Assembly (NCBI GenBank): GCA_963422375.2
Contig: OY729428.2
Location: forward strand, 2,080,001 to 2,144,000
DNA length: 64,000 bases
Reading direction: 5' to 3'
From: Bryobacterales bacterium
Lineage (GTDB): Bacteria; Acidobacteriota; Terriglobia; Bryobacterales; UBA6623
Of the stretch, positions 43,379-53,509 are shown in pieces (within the stretch, counting starts at the first letter, position 1; each line of letters starts with the position of its first letter). A model generated the notes under the pieces. That model searched no databases and was not told where the DNA came from. It worked only from the letters and a program-made list of their open reading frames with translations. Position numbers and translations under genes: made by a program.

Positions 43379-44273
43379 CGTCGCGCCCCTTCCACGGCCC
43401 GCGCCCCTTCTCGCCCGCTCGCGGCGCGGTGCCGGGCCGACCAGCGCTCGCCTTGCCCTCCCGAGGCTTGCGCCCTCGCTCTCGCGGGAACTCTCGCTCC
43501 CGCGTCGTTCGCGACCTGCCCGCGTCCAAGGTGCTTCGATTCCGAGACGGGGGCGGCGGGGGAGGCGCGAGTAGGCGCTCGATCTCCTTGGGCCGCAGTT
43601 CGCGCACTTGGCGTGGCTCGAGCCCGCGGAGGGTCAGGCTGCCGATGCTCACACGGCGGATCTTCTCCACGAGCAAGCCGACTCTCTCGAACATCCTGTG
43701 AATCTGTCGGTTGCGGCCCTCGACCAACGTGATCCTGTACCACGGGTTGTCAGCCGCCTTAAGCAGGCGGATCGATTCGGGCTTGGTTTCGCGACCGTCC
43801 AGCTTGATTCCGTCGCGGAGCCTCTGGATAGCCTCTTCCCGGGGCCTCCCGCTGACCTTCACGTCGTAGGTCTTCGGAACCCTGTTCCTTGCGGTGAGGA
43901 CCTGATTCGCGAAGTCCCCGTCGTTGGTCAGGAGCAAGAGCCCCTCGGTGTTGTAATCCAGCCGGCCCACGGGGAAGAGGCCCTTCGACGCGTCGGGCCC
44001 GAGCAAGTCCATGACCGTAGTCCGTCCTTCGGGATCGCTCTTGCTCGTGATGCAGCCCTTGGGCTTGTACATGGCAAGGTAGCTGCGCGTTCCGGGCTCC
44101 CTAACAGGCTTGCCGTCGACGGAAACGGTGTCCTTGCCGGGGTCGGCTTGGGAGCCGAGTTCGCGGACGACGCTGCCGTTGACCGTCACGCGTCCGCTCA
44201 GGACGAGTTCCTCCGCCTTGCGTCTGGATGTGATCCCTGATCGCGCGATGATTTTTTGCAATCGTTCTGGCAT
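43212..44273 (-). CDS. rluB: rRNA pseudouridine synthase, RluB/RsuA family
   Basis: S4 domain ERLQKIIA..SRRKAE; GRLDYNTEGLLLLTNDG; EGRNRQI. Confidence 0.88.
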   Translation of the reverse strand: MPERLQKIIARSGITSRRKAEELVLSGRVTVNGSVVRELGSQADPGKDTVSVDGKPVREPGTRSYLAMYKPKGCITSKSDPEGRTTVMDLLGPDASKGLFPVGRLDYNTEGLLLLTNDGDFANQVLTARNRVPKTYDVKVSGRPREEAIQRLRDGIKLDGRETKPESIRLLKAADNPWYRITLVEGRNRQIHRMFERVGLLVEKIRRVSIGSLTLRGLEPRQVRELRPKEIERLLAPPPPPPSRNRSTLDAGRSRTTREREFPRERGRKPREGKASAGRPGTAPRAGEKGRGPWKGRDATRSDRPRPSPTRRPSTGGRSPSPAGRTQRASSPARSPARSRGRQSSRPGPRARP

Positions 44274-44343
44274 CGTTTGACCTCTTCGCCTCCCGGCACG
44301 CTCGGGCGGTCTCCCCGCTCCGCTTGCGCGATCGCTACGGGAT

Positions 44344-44369
44344 CGCGCTTCGGGCCGGCCCGAAGCGCG
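44344..44369. repeat. Perfect 26-bp palindrome
   Basis: CGCGCTTCGGGCC|GGCCCGAAGCGCG. Confidence 0.9.
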
Positions 44370-44461
44370 TCTCGGGACCTCGCTCGGACGGCCTTGATGT
44401 GACGCGACCGAACTACCCCGCTTCCCTCAGGGTAAGCGGGTCAGGCAAGTCGCGCACGGCA

Positions 44462-45352
44462 TCACTGGTCGTCTTTGGTCGTCCCAGCGCGGTCGCTTCC
44501 GAGGGAAACTGCCGGACGTTCGGCCGTGGCGCGGGTCGTCACGACCATGTGCACCGGATGATTCCGGACCCATGTCACAGGATAGTCGTCTCCAGGCGAT
44601 CCGAGGAGTGCCAGCCGGAGCACCGTCTTCGCCCAGTCCAAGCCGTGGTCGCTCCGGCAGTAGAGCTCGATCCTCCTCGCCCGCAAGCACTCGCGCATGC
44701 CCAAGGTCCAAGCGGACCTCGGGAAGTTCACCAGATCGCCGCCCACGCCCGCCCTGATTGCGTTGATCGTGCGCGTGAACTCGTTCAAGCGGACTAGACG
44801 GACACCGGTCTCCGCGACTCCGGTCTCAGGCTCGTTGAAGGCAACGTGACCGTGGATGCCGACTCCCCCGAAGCATGTGTCGATCCGCCTCGCGATGCTG
44901 ACCGCATTGGTCTCGTTCGGAAACATCACGTCCCGGGCGTGTGGTCGCAGGCGCTCGTCGAGGGTCTCGAACCACCGTTCGGCCGCGCTGCGGAAGCTCA
45001 GCGGATGAGCTGGGGCAACCGCCCTCCTCGCCTCGTCGGCGTATTCGTCCATGAAGAAAAGCTTGCACCCTCGCAGCGAAAGAGACCGCTTGGCCAGCAT
45101 CCGGCCGAGGATCGGATACTGCCCGGTCGGGCCCCAGGGCAGGATCAGCGCGACCTCGCGGCCCTCGCGCCGTGCCAGCTGCAATCTAGCGACGATGGAG
45201 GCGGCGAAGTGCCGGTGCAGGGCGTCGACGTCGTCCACGACCAAAAGGCGGGCACCGGCGCGTTCCGCGACTTGAGCGAGCCGAAGCGAGTTGAGCCGCC
45301 GGATCTGCGCCGCTCGGCTGCCGGGACGGTTCCGCGAATCGGGCGCGCGCAT
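44462..45352 (-). CDS. Glucosamine-6-phosphate deaminase/isomerase-like protein
   Basis: ILPWGPTGQY, FFMDEY, HPLSF, GGVGIHGHVAFNEP. Start uncertain. Confidence 0.8.
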   Translation of the reverse strand: MRAPDSRNRPGSRAAQIRRLNSLRLAQVAERAGARLLVVDDVDALHRHFAASIVARLQLARREGREVALILPWGPTGQYPILGRMLAKRSLSLRGCKLFFMDEYADEARRAVAPAHPLSFRSAAERWFETLDERLRPHARDVMFPNETNAVSIARRIDTCFGGVGIHGHVAFNEPETGVAETGVRLVRLNEFTRTINAIRAGVGGDLVNFPRSAWTLGMRECLRARRIELYCRSDHGLDWAKTVLRLALLGSPGDDYPVTWVRNHPVHMVVTTRATAERPAVSLGSDRAGTTKDDQ

Positions 45353-45379
45353 GGCAGGTAGAGTACTGGGGGGAGCGAA

Positions 45380-46755
45380 GTGATCGCGGGGACGGATCGC
45401 CGTACTCGATGGTACGAGGGAATAACCCGCCACCAGTGGACGGTCCTAGCGATCGCGTCCCTCGGCTGGGTGTTCGACACGTTCGAGGGCCAAGTCTACG
45501 TCTCGAGCATGAACGAGGCGATGCCCGACCTGCCGCCGGGCCTAGACGGGAGCGGGCGGGCAGGCTGGCCTATTTCAACAACATCGCTTTCGGAGCCTTC
45601 CTCCTGGGCGGGGCGACCGGCGGCATCGCGTTCGGGATTCTAGGCGACCGCCTCGGCCGCGTGCGGACGCTGATGCTGACGATCGCCGCCTACTCTGCCT
45701 TCGCGTTCCTCTCGGCGTTCTCGACCGAGTGGTGGCACCTGGTGGCGTTCCGCTTCCTAGTCGCGACCGGGGTCGGAGGCGAATGGGCAGTCGCGACCGC
45801 GCTGGTGGCCGAGGTATTCCCGACGAGAGCCCGGGCGCGGTCTCTCTCCGTCTTCCACGCTTCGAGCTTGCTCGGAACCTGGCTGGCGATCGCCGTCGGA
45901 GCGTTCATCGTAGCGGAACGCGAGTTGACCCTGCCGCTCGCGGGCGGACAACCGGTCGCCAGTTGGCGGGTCGGCTTTGCCGCGGGCGCCGTGCCCGCGC
46001 TGCTGATCCTGCTCATCCGTTGGAAGCTTCGCGGCGAGACGCGCCCATGGAGCGCGTCCAGGAAGCGCGCAACCGGCAGCCGATGGGCTGTTGCGGAACT
46101 GTTCGGCCCGGCCCTCCTCAGGCGCACGCTGGTCGGGACATCCATGGCCGCGATCGGACTGGCGACCTTCTGGGGCGCCCACATTTACGGCAAGGACCTG
46201 CTGCGAGTCGAGATCGAATCACGCATGGAGATCAGGGAGGCTGGCGGCGGCGCGCAATCGGCCGGCCCCGGGGATCGGTTTGCAGCGCTCAAGCAGTGGG
46301 AAATGCTCGGGATGCTGCTCGCTTCTACGGGCGGCGGTGTCGGCCTGCTCGCTTTCGGGGCCTTCGCCGAAGGCCTGGGACGCCGTCGAGCCTTTGTTCT
46401 GTTCCACGTTGCCGCCCTAGCCGCGGCACTCGCGCTCTTCCAGGGGATCTCCTCCCCTGCTGCCCTCATGGCGGCGCTGCCCGTATTCGGCTTTTTCACC
46501 CTTGGCATGCATGCCGGGTACGCGGTGTACTTTCCCGAGCTATTCCCGACAAGGGCGCGCAGCACGGGCGCCGGCCTGTGCTTCAACGTTGCCCGCATCC
46601 CCGCGGCGCCCGTGCTGCTCGCTTCCGGCTGGTTGCAGCGGGAGGCGGGAATGTCCTTGCGCGCTTCCGCCTCCCTGCTGAGCCTGCTGTTCCTCGCCGG
46701 CGCCGCGATCATCGCATTCGGCCCGGAAACGAGGGGCGATGACCTGCCAGAATGA
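45380..46755 (+). pseudogene. MFS transporter with a -1 frameshift near 45549 (real or sequencing error)
   Basis: N-terminus (ASLGWVFDTFEG) in one frame; the rest (GDRLGRVRT, GVGGEW, PELFPTRARSTG) in another. Confidence 0.82.
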
Positions 46756-46794
46756 GTCCATCTGTCCGGCCCTTGCAATCGGACCGCTTAGAGC

Positions 46795-47922
46795 ATGAAC
46801 GAATCTCTCTCGAGGCGCACGCTGCTTGCTGCCGGGCTGGCCGGCCCTACATCGAGGCGATCAGCAGGGCAGGCCGATTCTCGGCGCCAGGTACCGCGAA
46901 TCGGCCTGATCGGGCTTGGAAACCGCAGCAGCAGGCACCTGCAGACCTACGCGGAACTCGGAGGCGTGGAAGTCGCGGCGCTGAGCGACATCCAGTCCGA
47001 CCGAATGCGGGAAGCCCGCCGGGGACCGGCCGCGAGCGCGGAGAACTATACCGACTACCGCGAGCTGATCGCCGACTCCCGCGTCGAGGCCGTCGTGATC
47101 GCCGCACCCAACTACCTGCACGCCGAGATGGCCATTGCGGCGCTCCGGGCGGGGAAGCATGTCCTGATGGAGAAGCCGATCGCGCTGAACTACGAGGAAG
47201 CCCTGCGCGTCGCGGCTGCGGCGCGGGAGAGCGGCGGCGTGCTCGCGGTGGGCATGCAGCGATACTTCAACCCCGCGTACCGCCGGATCATCGACGCCGT
47301 GGGATCGGGGATGATCGGAACGCCGTATCTGTTCGCGCTGAACGAGTATCGCGGCGACTGGAACCCTCGGACATGGATCTGGACGGACCCGCTGAGCGGG
47401 GAATCCACGCCTTGGCGCCACTTGCGATCTCTGGCGGGCTCGAGCCTGCTGGAATTCTCCGTGCATTCGTACGCGTTTCTCTACGAGATGATCGGCAGTC
47501 CGCTCACCTACTGTGCGGCCACGGGCGGCGCGATGCACTGGCCGGACCGCACCACCGAGGACAATATCTCGGTGATCGCCGAGTTCGGAGACATCCGAGT
47601 GCAGCACACCTATTCCGGATGCGCACCCGGAGTACGGTGGCACATGTCGATCACCGGCAGCGGGGGTTCGCTGCAGTACGACTTCCGGACGGCGACGATC
47701 CGCAGTCTCGGGGCCGATCCGCGGGCCTTGGATCTCGGCGAGAACGCTCCCGACGCACCCAGCATGGAGGCTGGGATGTACAGGGATTTCTTCCGGGCGA
47801 TCCGCGATGGCGTCGAGCCGGCACTGAACGCGCGATTCGCTATCGAGGCATCGAAACTCGCCTATGCGGCATGGACGAGCATCGACGAGCGGCGGGTGGT
47901 GACCGCCAAGGACTTCGCGTAA
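46795..47922 (+). CDS. Gfo/Idh/MocA family oxidoreductase with Tat-like signal
   Basis: SRRTLL, GLGNR, GKHVLMEKP. Confidence 0.88.
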   Translation: MNESLSRRTLLAAGLAGPTSRRSAGQADSRRQVPRIGLIGLGNRSSRHLQTYAELGGVEVAALSDIQSDRMREARRGPAASAENYTDYRELIADSRVEAVVIAAPNYLHAEMAIAALRAGKHVLMEKPIALNYEEALRVAAAARESGGVLAVGMQRYFNPAYRRIIDAVGSGMIGTPYLFALNEYRGDWNPRTWIWTDPLSGESTPWRHLRSLAGSSLLEFSVHSYAFLYEMIGSPLTYCAATGGAMHWPDRTTEDNISVIAEFGDIRVQHTYSGCAPGVRWHMSITGSGGSLQYDFRTATIRSLGADPRALDLGENAPDAPSMEAGMYRDFFRAIRDGVEPALNARFAIEASKLAYAAWTSIDERRVVTAKDFA

Positions 47923-47935
47923 GCGAGCGGCGCGG

Positions 47936-49276
47936 TCAATCGCGGCCCGAGTCGACGTCCCGCTCCCAAGCGGCCAGTGCGCCGCCCAGTTCCGCCGCGA
48001 CGTCGGGGCTCGTTGCGGCGAGGTTGTCCGACTCGCCCAGATCTCGCGACAGGTCGTAGAGTTCCGGGGAGGAGCTCGGCTGCCGCACGAGCTTCCAGAG
48101 TCCTCGCCGCACGGCGGTCTCGCCCCGAATCCTCCAGAACAGCGTCCGATCCGCGAACTCGCCTCTGCCGAACAGCACCGGAGCGAGGCTTGCGCCGTCG
48201 GTCGCGGGCGCGGCACGGGCGGCTCCGGCGAGTTCCAGCATCGTCGGGAACAGGTCGAACGTTGCGGCAAGCGCGTCGGTCACGCCGGGCCGGACCCTGC
48301 CGGGCCATCGAGCTATGGCGGGCACTCTGTGGCCGCCTTCGTACACGTCGGTCTTCTGACCGCGCAACGGGCCGTTCTCGGATATGTTGTGATAGCCGCC
48401 TTGGTAGGTGAGGTAGCCGCCGTTGTCCGACGCGAAGAATACGAGAGTCCTTTCGGCGAGGCCGTTTTCGTCGACCGCGTCGAGAATGCGGCCGACGCTG
48501 CCGTCGAGGGACTCGATCATCCTGTTGACCTGCGAGGCCACTTCGAATCCGTCCAGTTCACCCAGCTTTGTGAGGTTGTGGTAATTCCCGCCCTTGACGC
48601 GGTACCCGCGGTCGTCCGGCCCCTGCCACGGGAAATGAATGGCGAGATGCGCGACGTACACGAAGAAGGGCCGCTCGCGGTGCCTCTCGATGAAGTCGAC
48701 GCTGTGAGCGGTGATCAAGTCGCCGGTGTAGCCTTCCTCCTTCCGCAAATCCGTGTTATGCCACCAGTCTTCCCGCCCGGACCGGTCGACGCGAGAGTGA
48801 TGGTCTCCGTCGCCGCTCGCTAGACCTCGGAAATCTCCGAAGCCTTGCTCGGTCGGCATGAATGGCGGACTGTATCCGAGATGCCATTTCCCGTACATGC
48901 CCGTCGCGTATCCCTCAGCGGCGAGCGCCTCGGCGACGGTCGTCGCTTCAAGAGGAAGGCCGCTGTCGTAGTCGGCGGTGCCGGAGAGCGCACCCTCGAA
49001 TCGCAAGCCGAACCGCTGCGGATATAGACCGGTCAGGAGGGCGGCACGCGTGGCGCTGCACATCGGCCCGTTCGAGTGGAAGTCGGTGAAGCGCAGGCCT
49101 TCCGCGGCCATTCGGTCCAAGCGGGGAGTGCGATTGCGCTGACTGCCGTAGACGGCGAGATCGGCGTATCCGAGATCGTCGGCGAGGATCACCACGAAGT
49201 TCGGCCGAGGAGGGACGCTGCGCGAGCAAGCGGATGCCGCCAGCAGGGCCGCAAAGCAGACGTGCCGACCGGTCAT
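47936..49276 (-). CDS. Arylsulfatase-like sulfatase (lipoprotein)
   Basis: ADDLGY, CSATRAALLTG, GKWHLG, SDNGG, YEGGHRVP. Confidence 0.92.
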   Translation of the reverse strand: MTGRHVCFAALLAASACSRSVPPRPNFVVILADDLGYADLAVYGSQRNRTPRLDRMAAEGLRFTDFHSNGPMCSATRAALLTGLYPQRFGLRFEGALSGTADYDSGLPLEATTVAEALAAEGYATGMYGKWHLGYSPPFMPTEQGFGDFRGLASGDGDHHSRVDRSGREDWWHNTDLRKEEGYTGDLITAHSVDFIERHRERPFFVYVAHLAIHFPWQGPDDRGYRVKGGNYHNLTKLGELDGFEVASQVNRMIESLDGSVGRILDAVDENGLAERTLVFFASDNGGYLTYQGGYHNISENGPLRGQKTDVYEGGHRVPAIARWPGRVRPGVTDALAATFDLFPTMLELAGAARAAPATDGASLAPVLFGRGEFADRTLFWRIRGETAVRRGLWKLVRQPSSSPELYDLSRDLGESDNLAATSPDVAAELGGALAAWERDVDSGRD

Positions 49277-49399
49277 CGATTGCAGTGTAGCCAGACTGGC
49301 GGGGCAGGGAGCGGCTCAATCCGTCTTGCCCGGCGAACTGCGCCGAATCCGTGTTCCCGCCGGCTCGCCCGGCAGGCCCGCAGCCAGTCGATGGCGACG

Positions 49400-49690
49400 A
49401 GCCGAGACCTAGGCATCCGCCGGGGGGCCGGGCGCCCGACCGGGGCTTCTGTATCACGAACCTCACGCGACAGTCGATCCTCGCCGCCACGACTGCGGAC
49501 GTCCGGTCGGCGACGGGCTTCAATGTCGCCTGAGTCCGGTTCGGATGGCCTCTGCTCGACGTCGACGATTCGTGCCGGGCCCAGCCTAGGTCTGGCACCC
49601 GAGGACACAATCAATCAGGGGCCCCGGTCGAGCGGCATTGGATTCCCGGTCGGCTTCCCGTTCCGGCTCTCGTACAGCGCAGCGATTTCC
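49400..49690 (+). pseudogene. Degraded paralogous fragment of the downstream AtoE-like gene
   Basis: 49640-49684 is 41/45 identical to 50463-50507; colinear patch at 49577 vs 50399. Outer limits approximate. Confidence 0.6.
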
Positions 49691-50021
49691 CTTGCGCCGA
49701 TTGGGGTGAATTGCCCATCGACCTGACTAGCGGCGAGAGGAATGAAGCCAAGCAAGGGACGCTCGGGTCGACTGCGCACGAGGGCCAGCGTCCCGTTCAA
49801 CGGGAAAGCGGCCGCCCAGCCTATGAGGAGCCAGAGGTCCCGTTCCTGCGAGCTGGCTAGCACGACCGAATCTCTTGCCCGCGGCGAGCGCCACGGTCCC
49901 GGCGCGATGGCCTCGTGTCCAACCGTGCATCCGCTACGGCGCATCCGAAATCCCCCGTAACGGGTGCCGGGCGACTCTTACGCATTCTGTATACTCGCGC
50001 AACGAGGCACCTAGCCGATCG

Positions 50022-51422
50022 ATGCCAGACGAATCCCGACACAGCCATGCGCCGGAAGGCGCCCCTCCGCCTGATCGACTCTTCCGGATGGCGAAGTTCA
50101 TCGGGGACTTGATTCCTGACGCCATGACAATGGCCATCCTGTTGATGGTAGTCCTCGCAATTGCAGCGCTCTCGTTCGGAGATCCGCCGCTCAGGGTCAT
50201 GGACGCCTACTACGAAGGGCTGTGGATGCTGCTGCCGTTCACCATGCAGATGACGCTCATCCTAGTGCTCGGATCGGCGCTCGCGTCGACTAAGTTCTTC
50301 GGGCGGATGGTGCATACGCTCTCGAACCTCCCCCGCAGCCAAGGCCAGACAATCGCGCTGTCGATGGCCACTACCTGCTGCCTCGCATACTGCTTCTGGG
50401 GCCTCAGCCTCGCTTTGGCTCCTTTAGTCGCGGTCACCTACGCACGCCAGTCCGAGCGTAAGGGATTCCCGGTCGACTTCCCGTTCCTGCTCTCGTGCAA
50501 CGCAGCGGCTGGCGCGGTCTGGCAGTTCGGCTTGTCTGCCAGCGCCCCGCTGTTGATGAACACCCCGGACCACTTCCTCGAGCACGTGACCGGCCTGATG
50601 CCCCTCTCCACCACGATCTGGGCGCCGGCGACCTTGGCGTACCTCGCGGCGTACCTAACCAGCGTGTTCATCCTTGCCAGGATTCTCATGCCCAAGTCAG
50701 TGCGGCCGATTTCCATGTTCCCCGATTCCTGCGCCCTGGCTGAGTCCACCCTGGACGCCGCGGGGCGGCCCCAGCCGGCCCCGGAGCGGTCGGAGCGCTT
50801 CGCCGAGCGGCTCGAGGCCAGCCGATGGCCTTGCGGGATCCTCACGGCGACGCTCTTCGCTTGGCTGGTCCATCACGTGACCGTGCGGGACGGCGGGCTG
50901 CAGCTGAACTCACTCATCGCAGCCCTCCTCGCCCTGGGTCTGCTGCTCCACGGCAGCGTGCTGAACTTCACCAAGGCGCTGCCAAGGGCCGTGGTAACGG
51001 CGTGGCCCGTGATCGTGCTCTACCACCTCTACGCCGGCGTCGCAGGCCTGCTCGAGAAGACTTCCATCGGCACGGAGTTCGCGGAATACCTAGCCTCGAT
51101 TTCCACGGAGTACACTTTCCCGCTCCTGACGCTGGTCTCGGCCGCGGTGGTCTCCGTCTTCGTGCCGTCGAGCGGGGGCCAGTGGGTAATCCAAGGCTTC
51201 ATCACATCCAAGGCGTCACTCGCGGTGGGAGTGACCGCGCAGCGGGGCCTCCTCGCGCTTAGCGTCGGTGACCACGTGGGCAACCTAGTTTCGCCTTTTT
51301 GGGCAGTTATTGCCGCAGGGATCGCGAAAATGGACTTTCGCACCTATATCGGCTACAACTACGTTTGGGTAGTGCTCTGGGTCGGCTTCGGTGCCTTGTG
51401 CTTTACGTTCCTGCCGGCGTAG
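50022..51422 (+). CDS. atoE: Short-chain fatty acid transporter, AtoE family
   Basis: FTMQMTLILVLG, GLSASAPL, FVPSSGGQW, NLVSPFWA. Confidence 0.82.
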   Translation: MPDESRHSHAPEGAPPPDRLFRMAKFIGDLIPDAMTMAILLMVVLAIAALSFGDPPLRVMDAYYEGLWMLLPFTMQMTLILVLGSALASTKFFGRMVHTLSNLPRSQGQTIALSMATTCCLAYCFWGLSLALAPLVAVTYARQSERKGFPVDFPFLLSCNAAAGAVWQFGLSASAPLLMNTPDHFLEHVTGLMPLSTTIWAPATLAYLAAYLTSVFILARILMPKSVRPISMFPDSCALAESTLDAAGRPQPAPERSERFAERLEASRWPCGILTATLFAWLVHHVTVRDGGLQLNSLIAALLALGLLLHGSVLNFTKALPRAVVTAWPVIVLYHLYAGVAGLLEKTSIGTEFAEYLASISTEYTFPLLTLVSAAVVSVFVPSSGGQWVIQGFITSKASLAVGVTAQRGLLALSVGDHVGNLVSPFWAVIAAGIAKMDFRTYIGYNYVWVVLWVGFGALCFTFLPA

Positions 51423-51505
51423 CATCTCGTCCGGAGAGTCGCCAGCCTGCCGGACCTGCAGGATCGGTGACAGCGGGCCGGGCCGCTGCAACCTTGAGAA
51501 TGCCA

Positions 51506-52640
51506 TGGAAATCGGAACGAGTACATCGAGCTGTCCAGGTGCAACTGACTTGAACATTGCTGCCACGGGGCCATGTTGGTACGGCCAATCGCTCGTACGG
51601 CAGCAATCCGGCAATCGCGCAGCAAGCCTCGCAAGGCTCGCACTTACGTGGACGCTCACTCGACTCTGGACGAAGAAGTTCCAATTCTTCGACCTCGAGC
51701 GAGGCCTCGATTCGGCGGGCCTCTCGGATCGGTTCCTCGGAGAGGGCTCGCCGTCCTAGGATCCGACCTCGCCCCGAGATCCTCCAAGCGTCGGCAAAGC
51801 TAGCAAATTGATTGAGACGCACGGCCCACTTCATCGCACTGGGCGGTGCTCCCGCGGCGTTGCTGGATCGGCCGTGCTGGAGCCTAGACGGATGCTCGCT
51901 CGCTGCAACTTTCCGGGGATCGGCCAATCCGAGATCTGCTCAGGGTCAGACGGTGCTCTTTCCTGAGATGCGCCTTGCCTGGCTCGTTCACGGCTTGCAG
52001 TCGCTCCGAGTGCTTGCTCCTTCGGGGCAATTCTGTTCGGATGCGGCTTGAACTGGCGCGTCCCCGCTGAAAGACGCCGTAGGCGACCTGTCGCAAGAGC
52101 GATTCCGCGCGATGGTAACTCGCGAAAACGCCCCATTCTAGAGCGCCCCAGTCTGCACACCGTGCGCTAGCACCCAGACGCACTCGCAGCCCCGACATCG
52201 TCCGGCCCCTAAACTCCTGACGTCCATATCCCAAGAACCGGTTGTTCAAGGCACCGCAAGTACACGTCTGCGATTCCGGCATTCTCGGACGCATAACCAG
52301 TGTCACCACGCATTGGGAAGTCGCTGGGCATCCTAATGTCCGGACCTCTTGGGATGGCATTCTGACCGAGAGTGGGGTCCGGGCGATCCGTGCCGAGGAG
52401 CGCGACTGCCACTTCTGCCAGCTCACCACGGGGCGGAGATCGACGTCATCATCCAGAAGGGGGGCCATCGAGTTTCGAAGTCAAGCGCGGACGCACCCGG
52501 TCCTCGCCCCATCCATGACAGCCGGGCTCCATGACAGCCGCGCTGAGCGCCGCCGGGTTGCAGCGGATCGACTAGCCTCGACCGAGCCGAGAAGCACTCA
52601 GACCACAGCCCGCGCCGCGTCGGGTGGAATAATCCCTGCC
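51506..52640 (+). pseudogene. Heavily degraded AAA ATPase with DUF4143 domain
   Basis: Relic motifs across frames: GPCWYGQS (Walker A relic), FFDLE, KAPQVHVCDSG, GHPNVRTSWDG, HHGAEIDVII, FEVK, LAPSM. Limits approximate. Confidence 0.62.
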
Positions 52641-52657
52641 GCGGCCATGCGGCGAAG

Positions 52658-53509
52658 TCAGCGGTCAAACAGAGGCTTGCCCCCAAGCGCCTTCCACCTG
52701 TCGTCGGTGTAATTCTCGTAACGGACTGGAAACCGGCAGTAGGCACACGATGCACGGTGCTTTCTCGTGTTGGTCTTGCGAGACCACGGGCAAGAAGGGC
52801 AGACAACAATGTACCGTGCAGGGGCGAATTGGACTTGGTGGCACCGGTCGCCAGTGCATCCGATAGAACGTGCCGTTCTTTTCCACACGCTGTCATGCAT
52901 GTGATTCTCCCCCACCAGAGCATGAGCGATCTCATGGAGGATCGTATCCGTCAACTCGTCTTCCGGAGCTTCCAAGCAAAACTGCAGCGACATGCTGATG
53001 ACCTTCATTCGGTAGTAGCACGCACCGGCTCTGCTAGAGGCGTCGTCGAATTGAAAGCTCCAGTCCTCCAATCCATGCCGGGCCATGAGATCCCTTGCCT
53101 GCCTAGTTACCGCCTCCAGCACAGCCGTGCGGTCTCCTGCCGCATCCGGGTTGACATGGGAGAGATGCGAATATGCAACACGCCAGTCGCCGCCCGGACT
53201 GACAACGACGGCCTTGGAAGGGTTCAGTCGAGCGATCTTGCCCACGATCGTCCCCTTACGCGACGCAAACTGCACCTCGTCGCCGGGACGGAACCGCGCC
53301 TTCAGCGTGTCGGTTGGCGCCGATACCTGCCTTCTCTCGCCGTCCTCGCGCTTGTCGAGCATGCACCAAGGCACTCTGAACGATCCCCCGTCGCTTGTCA
53401 CGACCGTGCAACGATGCGCAGTCTTCTTTGCCACGTGGCCGAATAGCCGGGCGGTGCCGTGGAGGAACATGACAGGATCGGAGACTGCGACTTCATCGGG
53501 GAGTGCCAT
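52658..53509 (-). CDS. SprT-like zinc metalloprotease with N-terminal tandem repeats and a C-terminal Zn ribbon
   Basis: RAGAC, TILHEIAHAL..HMHDSVWK, CPSC..CAYC. Confidence 0.85.
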   Translation of the reverse strand: MALPDEVAVSDPVMFLHGTARLFGHVAKKTAHRCTVVTSDGGSFRVPWCMLDKREDGERRQVSAPTDTLKARFRPGDEVQFASRKGTIVGKIARLNPSKAVVVSPGGDWRVAYSHLSHVNPDAAGDRTAVLEAVTRQARDLMARHGLEDWSFQFDDASSRAGACYYRMKVISMSLQFCLEAPEDELTDTILHEIAHALVGENHMHDSVWKRTARSIGCTGDRCHQVQFAPARYIVVCPSCPWSRKTNTRKHRASCAYCRFPVRYENYTDDRWKALGGKPLFDR

